Assembly (NCBI RefSeq): GCF_006345805.1
Contig: NC_043004.1
Location: forward strand, 75,020,001 to 75,084,000
DNA from: Octopus sinensis
Taxonomy: Eukaryota
DNA: 64,000 nucleotides
Direction of reading: 5' to 3'
Shown in pieces: positions 1-10,563 of the stretch (positions are counted from its first letter, which is position 1; every line of letters begins with the position of its first letter). Under the pieces are notes generated by a model. The model was not told the DNA's origin, did not search any database, and was given only the letters and a program-made list of their open reading frames with translations. The translations under genes were made by a program, and so were the position numbers.

Positions 1-49
1 TTTTTCACTGGTCTTGGAGGATCTCCAGAGGTGATGGGCACTGCCTCTT
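1..49 (-). CDS. LRP2: Candidate next LRP2 exon, runs off the window start (QEAVPITSGDPPRPVK...)
   Basis: Acceptor-like tttattgaatctag at 63-50 on the minus strand. The phase-1 frame fits the upstream exon, which ends in C, and stays open to the window edge. No diagnostic motif is visible. Confidence 0.3.
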
Positions 50-178
50 CTAGATTCAATAAATAATACATATATGTGTGTGTGTGTGTGTGTGAGTGTG
101 AAACATGTCTTTATAGTTGGTTATTTCACTTTGCAACCATGTTCTTTCCCCGAAATCTCAGGCCTATAGTAGAAAGAA

Positions 179-356
179 CCCACTACACTCTCGGAGTGGT
201 TGGCGTTAGGAAGGGCATCCAGCTGTAGAAACTCTGCTAGATGAAGATTGGAGCCTGGTGCAGCCATCTGGTTCGCCAGCCCTCAGTCAAAATCGTCCAA
301 CCCATGCTAGCATGGAAAGCGGACATTAAACGATGATGATGATGATGATGATGATT
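179..356 (+). mobile_element. RTE 3'-tail repeat (representative of more than 12 copies)
   Basis: Matches 21163-21340 (CCCACTACACTCTCGGAGTGGTTGGCGTTAGGAAGGGCATC...CATGGAAAGCGGAC + (GAT)n). Other copies near 2047, 2495, 3600, 22420, 25895, 28850, 29475, 34370, 40560, 53030, 61400 and 63660. Confidence 0.85.
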
Positions 357-442
357 ATTACCATCTTCTTAAATGAAAAGATGAAGAATGAAAAGGGAAA
401 AAAGCAAAATGAATCTAAAAATGAAGGGACTTCTCCACTTAC

Positions 443-668
443 GATATTTGTTCCAGTTATAGACCACTTTTAAGGTTCCTAAACGAGCAATATTGGTTTT
501 CATTGTAGTGCTGCCATAGTTCAATGCTGACAAAGACACATAACTTAATGTTTCCAAATCTTTCTGAGCATAATAAAGATATCCTTTATACACAGCAATA
601 CCAGTTACAAAGTTAAGGCCGTTGAGTATCACTTCACGTTCGCTTCTCAGGATGTCATATTTTTCTAT
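443..668 (-). CDS. LRP2: LRP2 exon, end of YWTD propeller 4 (IEKYDILRSEREVILNGLNFVTGIAVYKGYLYYAQKD...VVYNWNKY)
   Basis: Acceptor tgctgcag and donor gtaagt; 226 nt, phase 0 to 1; YWTD-type blade; joins the 1819-1993 exon in frame. Confidence 0.9.
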
Positions 669-1818
669 CTGCAGCAAAATATATAAAAACCAACAAACAT
701 TAACAACATTGATAAATAACAAAAATTCGGTAATTTCTCACTTCATACTCATATTTCTTCATCTTCTTTACAGCTAATACTACTCACCCAGTACTTTACA
801 GCTAGTACTACTCATATATTACAGGGTATCTATATATCTCCTCTGTAACAGGACACATGTGCGCTCGTTGCTCTCTCACATTTCAGCCTCTCAATGCTAG
901 ACATGGAGCCATGTCCCCCTCTCAAATACCTGCCTCACCATATTCTTTTATTCTTTTACTTGTTCCAGCAACATACTGGCAGTTTAATGGCTGGTGCAAA
1001 ATTTTGAACTTGATGTAAAAGAAAATTCCTAAACACCAAGTTTTGAAGTGATTCTTTCTCAAGACAGTAGACTCACCATGGCAGGCATTCAAAACTTCTT
1101 CATGACGGACGGAAACACATTGATGATATAAAGGCTGGCACAAATGTTTTAGCTTGATGTAAGAGAGAATTCCTAAACACCCCCTCCTGTAAATTTTAAT
1201 CTCCTTCCAGCCCCATTTAGACCCATTTTCACATAAAAATCCAATTTGTATCAACGTAATAATTCCCTGTTCTAAAAGACCTGTGGCGGGAATATTTAAA
1301 CTTTTGTGGCTGTCAACGCTTTCTCTCTATAGATGCAGACAGACGTACAGTGAGAGGGGTGGTGGGAGAAAGAGTGATACAGAGATGGTGAAGCTGTCAA
1401 ACATCGTTATAGAGGGAAATTGGAGAGAAAGAAGGAAAGAGAGAGAGAGACAGAAGAAGGCAGGGTGATATGCGAAAGTGAGAAATAACAAACACTTGTA
1501 AAAGTGTGGATTTTTGTTGCCCTAGTAACCACAGCTTTTGAGACAGTGGTTTCTAACCTAGTCTACTCACTTCCACACCTCTTTTTACATGTTCCTGTAA
1601 ATTTTGGAGCCAATCCGACCCCATCTACTGGCCCTTAACCCGTTCCAATCCCAAAATGAGACAAACTTTTCACATTTTAGCTTTATAGATATTAATGTAT
1701 ATATATATATATATATACACACACAAACTAACAAAAATTAGTACAGGAAAGATGTTTACAAAAATGTATAGCATCGTGAAGACTAGATTCTATGTCTGAA
1801 TTCAGTGCAGTTACTTAC

Positions 1819-1993
1819 CTTACCAAGCTGGCTATCAGACCAATATAAAATTGGGTCACTTGGATCTTTTGTGAGGAAACCTGGTGTTTGCATATTATCC
1901 TTAACAAGTATCTGTGGGTCAGAACCATCCATTTTAACAGCACCAATTTTAACAGGAATATCGTAACTTCCTTTGTCTGTCCAGTAAAGAAAT
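1819..1993 (-). CDS. LRP2: LRP2 exon, propeller 4 (FLYWTDKGSYDIPVKIGAVKMDGSDPQ...LYWSDSQLGK)
   Basis: Acceptor ttcttag and donor gtaagt; 175 nt, phase 2 to 0; YWTD and YWSD motifs; resembles human LRP2 [24 protein letters not shown] (recalled). Confidence 0.93.
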
Positions 1994-3216
1994 CTAAGAA
2001 GAAAGGAAAAAAAGAAGAGACTCATATGTTTGCGTTTGGCTCTGACCACCACCATCACCATCATCATCATTTAACCTCTGCCCTCCATGCTGGTCTGGGT
2101 TAGAATGGTTTGACTGGAGCTAAGAAGGCCAAGAGCTGTATCAGGTTCCATTGTCCGCTTTGCTATGCTTTCTACCGTTGGACACCCTTCCTCATGCCAA
2201 CCACTATACAGAATGTACTGGGTGCACTGACAGGGTCTCCTACAAGACAAACCTCCCTCAGCTGGGAGGGGAAGGAGTATTGAAGGAAGTGGCTTTGAGC
2301 CAGGTGATGAGCGGTTGGAAGTATGGAGGGACAGAGATAGGTGTGTTGCCGTAGGGGAGAACACATGGATACCCCAGTAGGAAAAGGAAAGAAAGGAGAG
2401 TGAGTTAGAGAGTAATATGAGTGAGAGTGAGAGAGAGATGGTGGTGGAGTTGCTCCCAAGGGACAATGGGTGGTGGTGGTAATAAGTGAGGTTAGCCAGT
2501 GGCACGTAAAAAGCACTATCCGATTGTGGCCGAGGCCAGTCTCACCTGGCCCCTGTGCCGGTGGCACGTAAAAAGCACCATCCGACCGTGGCCGTTTGCC
2601 AGCCCCGTCTGGCACCTGTGCCAGTGGCATGTAAAAGGCACCCACTACACTCACTGAGTGGTTGGCATTAGGAAGGGCATCCAGCTGTAGAAACATTGCC
2701 AGATCAGACTGGGCCTGGTACAGCCTTCTGGCTTCCCAGACCCCAGTTGAACTGTCCAACCCATGCTAGCATGGAAAGCGGACGCTAAATGATGATGATG
2801 ATGATATAGGGACTTGGACTGGGTGAGAAGGTATAGGGATAGCGGTGTCTGTAGCAAACGATGGGTGGGGATATAGGAGTTGGTTGAGGTGTGTGTGTGG
2901 GGTGGTGGTGGCAAAGTCGACCTCGGCAAAATTTGAACACAGAATGTAAAGGCAAATGAAAGGCTGCAAAGCATTTTTCTTGGCATGCAAATTGAGGGAG
3001 GGGTAAGATGATGAAATCGCCCCCAGTACATGACTGGTACTTATTTTATGAACAACCAAAAGAATGAAAGGCAAAGTCATCCTCAGCAAAATTTGAACAC
3101 AGAATGAAAGGTTGCAAAGCATTTTGCCTGGTATGCCAGCAATTCTGCCAGCTTCCCATCTTACCCTGAAGAAATATGGAGAAGAATGCAATGAGAAGAA
3201 TAAAAATCTCACAAAC

Positions 3217-3470
3217 CCATTGGTTGGATCCAGGCAGAGAGATGTTGGAAATGAAACATCTGTTTGATTCCCGGAGTTTCCTAAAACAATTTTGTGAATA
3301 GTAAAGTTACTATTCATCTTCATAACATGTATGCTCTTCGAATTTGTGCTGCTCCAGAACAAATTTCCTGAAATCCAATCAATTGCAAGGGAATTTGGTT
3401 TACCTAGAAATAGTTCTGCCGGCCAAGAGGTCTTGTTTTGACCACTTGCTGTGATCTGGGTAATTGTTTG
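3217..3470 (-). CDS. LRP2: LRP2 exon, propeller 4 (QTITQITASGQNKT...LAIDWISGNLFWS...DVSFPTSLCLDPTNG)
   Basis: Acceptor tttcttgcag; donor gtttgt is the only nearby donor that gives phase 2; 254 nt; resembles human LALDWISRNLY...GVGFPIGITVDPARG. Confidence 0.92.
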
Positions 3471-4300
3471 CTGCAAGAAAATAATAATTTAAGTTAAAAT
3501 CATAAAAATGTAAATAGCATTTTTGTAAAATTATGAAATTTCCACTAAACATTTCAAACCCTGTTCGTGATATACTGCAAAGACATTTATACTTTGATTA
3601 AGTGGCCGAAGCCAGTGACACATGAAAAGCTTCTGTCAAGTCTTGGGCCTCACGAAGGCAATGACCGAGACCTTTGGCATTATATTGTGCTTGAAGAAAA
3701 GACCCGTCAGGCCAAGCAAAATCACAGTCATAGCAGATACCAGTATTGCACAAATGGCACCTGTGCTGGTGGCACGTAAAAGCACCCATTACATTCTTGG
3801 AGTGGTTGGTGCTAGGAAGGGTATCCAGCTGTAGAAGCCATACCAAATCAGACTGGGGTCTAGTGCAGCCTTCCAGCTTGACAGCCCTGGTCAAACCATC
3901 CAACCCATGCACCAGACTCCAAGGCTGTGTAGATTTTAGAACGTTTATAAATAAGTCTTACTGCTGTTTCTAGGATATTTATTATATCCCTTCATTGGAG
4001 ACGGTGTGAGAAAATGGTTAAGCAATAGTTAATTTAGATAAGATACAAAATAGAGAGTGAAGTGGAAAAATGAAAATAGATGTGAGATATGCAGGGATAT
4101 TGCATATGTAGATCCATTATTTAGGCAGAATGGTATACATATAAGATTCCAATAACTTATGAGTAAAATCCAATAGTATTTAAAATTGGTCATTCCAAGT
4201 ATAGAGTTTATTGAATCAAGGGTTTTATTTAAAGTGACCTAAAAGTAGGGAATGTATTAGTAAGGTCAAATTCAAAATAATATATATATATATATATATA

Positions 4301-4713
4301 CAATTAAGGGCTCCTAAATTAAGATGCCGAGTGCTGGGAACACAAAAAGGGGATGAATTTATCGAGAGTGAAAATCAAAAACGTTTACCGATAACTTTAA
4401 CAACTCGAACTGCGGTTTCTGCTTCTTTCTAGCAAAACACAGAATATGTTTGCTAAGGCTAGCTTCGTCAGCGAGTCGCCTAAATTGAATCGAGGTCTGC
4501 AGCAATGTGGGACCATGTGTTGATCTCGACTACTAGCAGATCTTAACTTTTCAAATCTCTGCGCAGACGCAAAACTTACACGGCAGTATAGGGCATGCCG
4601 GGAAGAATTTTACGAATAAATCCATCGTGTAATATGCGAATATAAACAAGAAGGGTAGTAATATTATTTACTACCAGGTGCCCAGCACAAAAGACGAATT
4701 AGTCATAAGACTA
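4301..4713 (-). mobile_element. About 410-bp non-coding, CpG-bearing element inserted in (TA)n; carries the hammerhead (Penelope pLTR-like or retrozyme-like)
   Basis: Sharp compositional change with (TA)n on both sides; no long ORF. Confidence 0.5.
4403..4476 (-). ncRNA. Type I hammerhead ribozyme motif
   Basis: Stem I ACUCG/CGAGU; core CUGACGA; stem II GCU/AGC plus an inner AGCAAA/UUUGCU helix; GAAA; stem III AC-CGCA-GU; cleavage triplet GUU. Confidence 0.75.
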
Positions 4714-5176
4714 ATATATATATATATATATATAATCAATAATGATAAAGGGTAAAATTATTTGATTAATTAATAATTTTACCAAGTAGCTTCGGCATAT
4801 TATAAGAACCATTATCTGTAAACTTAAACAATAATTTTTATAATTATGAGTATTATTACATCCCCATAACTTAGTGGTTCAGTAAAAAGGACCGATTGAC
4901 TAATTACCAGGCTTATTTAAACTAAACCCCCCCAATGCAGTGCTGCAGTATGGCGACAGTCAGGTACTGAAATAAGTAAGAGATAAATTATATGTGTGTA
5001 TATCTTTGAGTTTGTGTTTGCACTCCCCAGCGTGTGGCAACTGATGTTGGTTTGTTTAAGCCCCTATAACTTAGCAGTTCAACAAAAGAGACTGATAGCC
5101 AGTGTGGCCATAGATTTATGTCTTAAACCAATAAAATATAAAATTAAATATAGTTATCGTTGCCAAAAAAACTTAC

Positions 5177-5355
5177 TTGTGATGAACGTTCTACAATGTA
5201 ATATACATAATTAGTTTTACGGTTGTAGTCAAAGTCTAGGAGAGTCCTTCTCCATTCAGTTATTGGCATGAAAGAGTTGCTTGTTGGGGCTGAGTTTTGT
5301 AAATCAATATCTTTAATCCTATAGCGATAGGCATAGAGCAAGTATTCATCTTGAG
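5177..5355 (-). CDS. LRP2: LRP2 exon, start of propeller 4 (AQDEYLLYAYRYRIKDIDL...LDFDYNRKTNYVYYIVERSSQ)
   Basis: Acceptor tttctttacag and donor gtaagt; 179 nt, phase 1 to 0; joins the EGF exon 23069-23194 across a 17.7-kb intron. Confidence 0.9.
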
Positions 5356-5449
5356 CTGTAAAGAAAATATTTGAAATCATAAAAACAGAGTGAATTTCAT
5401 CTCACTATAAATATGTTAAATACAGGGACACACAAGCAAACACACACAG

Positions 5450-5484
<35 letters not shown>

Positions 5485-5609
5485 CCTGTGTGATTGTGTA
5501 CATGTATGGGTATGTGTGAATATACATATGTGTGTGTGTGTGTGCTTGTATGGGTATGTGTGAATATACATATGTGTGTGTGTGCCAATCAAAGTGAAAT
5601 TAAAAACAG

Positions 5610-6620
5610 TGTTTCAGAGTTCTGCAGGAAATTAAGACTTGCAGAGGCACTGACCGACTTTGATGATTAGGATGGATCACTGGTCAAGAACAAAAGCAGA
5701 TACACCCCACCACAAAGAAAGAAACAAAGCCTTGATGAATTTTGCAAACACATCGGAAACTTTCCCTATCACACCTTCCACAAACAAAAAAAAACATCCC
5801 AAACCTCAACAAAGTCCAATGGAAAGAAATTAATGATCTACAAATGATAAAGAAATGATAAAGAAATTACGATCTAAGAAGCGGACAAAGGCAGCACCAT
5901 GGTTATTATGGACACATCCAACAACAGAAATCTAGTCATGTCCTTACTAAACAACAATGAGTATTTTGAAGAAATCAACCACTACAATCCCCCCAAAATA
6001 ATGGAAAACCTCTCCTTGCTAATACATACCCACAGGAAAGTCCTCACAAAAAAGGAAGTAGATTTTCTAACAAATTTCAAATACAAACCCAGCCTTTTCT
6101 ATGGCCTCCCCAAAATCCACAAAAGCCCAACCATCAATGAAGCCATCAATAACTCACCACATACATACGTACACCAACACCAGGAGACCTAAAATTACGA
6201 CCTATCATAGCTGGCCCATACTGTGAGACACACAGATTAAGTTACTTCATGGACATTCTCCTGAAGCCATATCTAAAATATATTGGAAGCTACATCAGAG
6301 ATTATTTAAACATGCTGAACCATCTCCCAGAACAGGTCGGGGAAGAATCCCTCATGGTCTCCTTCAATGTTATAAACCTATACTCCAACATTCCACATGA
6401 TTATGGAATGGAAGCGATTCGATTCTGGCTAGAACCACATCCAGAGGAATTACCAGAAAGAATAAACAAAACATTCATCATTGAATCAATTAAATTCATT
6501 CTTCAGAATAATAATTTCATTTTTGACACCAACTGCGACAGCCAAATATCGGGAATTGTGATGGGCACAAGAGCAGCACCTACCATTGCCAACCTCACAA
6601 TGGGATTCTTAGACAAAAAA
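5610..6620 (+). mobile_element. Penelope-like element RT fragment, decayed
   Basis: ADKG, FYGLPKIHK, LRPII, LYSNIP, NNFIF and GIVMGT motifs with stops and frameshifts (ORFs 5899-6192 and 6249-6692). Confidence 0.85.
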
Positions 6621-6664
6621 AAAATATATATATGTATATGTATTTTTGTTTCTCTCTGCATATA

Positions 6665-6721
6665 TTCCACTGATGAAGCAAAGCATTTCTAAATGTAAAG
6701 TCAGAAATCTAGGATCTGGAA
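6665..6721 (+). ncRNA. Hammerhead-like motif directly downstream of the Penelope RT fragment
   Basis: Stem I UUCCA/UGGAA, CUGAUGA (6670-6676), GAAA (6704-6707), stem III AUC/GAU, triplet AUC; the base of stem II is irregular. Confidence 0.55.
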
Positions 6722-6955
6722 TTATCCAGTAATTTTTTACTAGTCTTATTTTGTCTTTTTGTCTTCTCTCCTTGTGCTATATGAACACTTAAGGGGGTTT
6801 TTAGAGTCAGATCTTGGCTGCTATTTCCAGCATGGTGGTATCTAGTAGATACCCTGAGTTATAATTTTAATAATAATTATTACCTTTGAAGGTTTTTATT
6901 TCCATGCTGGCCACTTGATAAGATCGTTATTTAATTCAAATTAATGATCTTATCC

Positions 6956-7508
<553 letters not shown>

Positions 7509-7509
7509 C

Positions 7510-8098
7510 ATTAAATCATTAAATCATTAAAAATGTTTTAGCCTGAAGGCCGTGGCCATGCTGGGGCACCACCGCTGAATGAGCTACACTAATTTGCGAA
7601 TCCACCTCTGATACGTGGCACTTGATCAACAAGGGAGTTCGATGCTGCTGCCCACATCCGCGTCTCCTGTCGTGAGGTAGGCTCATCTGGGACTCCCAAC
7701 AAGAAGAGATCCAGTTTAGTTTTAAAGAAACCCACATCCACACCATGTAAGTCTCTCAGGCATTTAGGGAGGATGTTAAAGAGCTGTGGTCCTCTGAAAC
7801 CCAAGCTGTTGCAGTATCTGGACCTGTATTTTGATGGTGATGTTGGAATCCTTGGCACCATGCAGTGACGCCCCGTTCTGCGGTTGGAGTAACTTTGAAT
7901 GCCAAAGTTTGGGACAAGACCCTCCAGGATTTTCCAGATGTATATCACCGCATATCTCTCCTGCCTCCGCTCTAGGGAGAAGAGGTTTAATACCTTCAGT
8001 CTTTCCCAGTAGCTGATATTTTGCATTGAGACGATTTTCTTTGTGTAGCTTCTCTGAATTGCTTCGAGTTTTGCTGTTAGTTTTATATTGTGTGGTGA
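7510..8098 (-). mobile_element. CR1/L2-group LINE, 5'-truncated 3' end (copy A)
   Basis: ORF 7589-8107 aligns with the C-terminus of the 10564-13587 ORF ([24 protein letters not shown]); 3' tail GGTGCCCCAGCATGGCC + (ATTTAATG)n. Confidence 0.9.
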
Positions 8099-8099
8099 C

Positions 8100-8165
<66 letters not shown>

Positions 8166-8186
8166 ATTTTTTAAAAAAAATTTTTA

Positions 8187-10280
8187 ATGAGATGGCGTAC
8201 AAAATTTTCAAATCGCCTAAACAAACAGATTGAAAGCAGTGAAAAGTCCCGCCTAAAAATAAAACTGTTGGAAATCGAAAAATGTCTGCAACTCTCCCAT
8301 GAAAAAGAAAGAGCAGACAAAGAAGCCTGGGCTATAGAAAACATAAAATCTAACCCCAGAGCTTTCTACAGGTATGCCAAAGAAACAGTTACAGTGCACT
8401 GTAGAATAGGGCCACTCCTCGAAAAGGATGGCACACTTACAGGAAAACCAATGAGGGTAAGTGAAATACTGAATGAGCAATTCAAGAGTGTTTTCACTCC
8501 ACCCCTTGGGCATCTCCAAATCACCAATCCAACTGACTTTTTTACCACTGCAGATATAAAATCAGAGGCGGCGACGATAGATTACATCGATATAAAGGAA
8601 GACGATGTAATCAAGGCTATAGATGAAATGAAAACAGACTCAGCTACTGGCCCCGATGGATTACCGGCAATCCTCCTAAAAGCATGTAAGAGAGTCCAAG
8701 CAAGACCACTGCAGTTCCTCTTTCAGAGCTTCCTTGCAGCTGGCAAACTTCCAAGAAAACTGAAGGAAGGTAAAATATGCCCCATTCATAAAGGAGGTAG
8801 CAGAGCGGAAGCCAAGAACTATAGACCTATCTCTCTGACCTCACACATCAGCAAGGTCATGGAACGAATAGTCAGAAGGAAGCTGATCACCTTCCTTGAA
8901 GAGAATGACTTGCTGCCCGACACCCAACATGGTTTCCGACCAGGGAGAAGCTGTTTAACTCAGCTCCTACAACACTATGACTGGGTGCTGAAATGGCTGC
9001 TCAACCACTCAAATGTGGAAGTGATATATCTCGACTTTGCAAAGGCCCTTGATAAAGTCGATCATGGAATGATATGTCACAAACTGCGTGATCTCAACAT
9101 AGTTGGAAAACTGGGAGAATGGCTTCATGACTTTCTGAAAGATAGAAGTCAGGTGGTAGTGGCCAATGGGGCCACTTCCATTAACACGCAAATAGTGAGC
9201 GGTGTTCCGCAGGGCACTGTTCTGGGACCACTACTGTTCATAATGGCCCTCTCAGACATGCCCTGAGCCACGATCACAAGTTATGCAGATGATACAAAAG
9301 TTTCACAGGCAATACAGAACCCTGAGGACACTAAACACCTGCAATGTGAGCTGGACAAAATATACAAGTGGGCCGAAAAGAATAGCATGCAGTTCAATGC
9401 TGAAAAGTTTCAAGCTCTATACTATCAACATGCAAAACTAAATGCAATACCCAATGAATACACTGGATCCGGAGGAATAGCAATCCCAGAGGCACAATCA
9501 GTGCGTGACCTAGGTATTTACATGAGTGATGACGCGACCTTTCGTGTACATGTTGCTAAATTGGCAATGAAATGTAGACGACTGGCCGGATGGATCCTCA
9601 GAACCTTTAGAACAAGAGAACAAGAAACCATGATGGTCCTCTGGAGGACACTTGTCCTAAGCCACTTTGACTACTGCTCTCAGTTATGGTCACCATCCAG
9701 TGTCAAGTTGATCACAGAGCTCGAGGCGATCCAACGTAGCTACACGAAGAAGATAGCCTCTATGCAGAATGTAAGCTACTGGGAAAGACTCAAGAGATTA
9801 AAACTATATTCCCTGGAGTGTAGGCGGGAAAGATATGCCATAATATACATCTGGAAGATCCTGGAGGGACGTGTCCTGAACTTTGGCATCAAGAGTTACG
9901 CAAATGCCAGAACTGGGCGCCACTGCGTGGTGCCTAGGACTCCAAACTTGCCATCAAGATGTAGGACAAGATTCTGTGATAGCCTGGGCTTCCGAGGCCC
10001 ACAGCTCTTCAATATCCTCCCGAAGAACCTGAGAGACCTGCATGGGGTGGATGCAGATGTCTTTAAAATGAAGCTGGATCTCTTCCTGTCAGGTGTCCCA
10101 GATGAACCAACTTCACGGCAGGAGGGGCAGATGAGGGCAGCTGCATCGAACTCTCTCATGCACCAAATGGCAGTTGCTAGAAAGCTTTCGTGAAGTGAAA
10201 CCAATTAGCAACACCAAATGGCGGTGCCCCAGCATGGCCACAGCTCATAAGCTGAAACTAGAATCAATCAATCAATCAAT
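8187..10280 (+). mobile_element. CR1/L2-group LINE, 5'-truncated, RT with a premature stop (copy B)
   Basis: [37 protein letters not shown] and YADD; an apparent 12-nt deletion gives TGA at 9264-9266; tail (AATC)n. Confidence 0.93.
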
Positions 10281-10326
10281 CATATATATATATACATATA
10301 TATATACATATATATATATACATACA

Positions 10327-10362
<36 letters not shown>

Positions 10363-10563
10363 CATACATATATACATACATATATATACATATATATATA
10401 CATACATATATATATATATATACATACATATATATATATATACATACATATATACATACATACATATATATATATACATACATATATTACTCTTTTACTC
10501 TTTTACTTGTTTCAGCCATCCGGCTGAGGCCATGCTGGGGCACCGCCCTTGTTGCTACCCTCT

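Noticed and set aside
989-1181. Short direct repeats (49 bp at 989 and 1133; also 22 bp x3 at 26660-26735 and 8 bp units at 26500-26535)
   Set aside because: Small local duplications, common in this genome; no sign of function.
4785-4835. Very degenerate hammerhead-like layout (CAGAUAA...GAAGC)
   Set aside because: Too many core mismatches to support.
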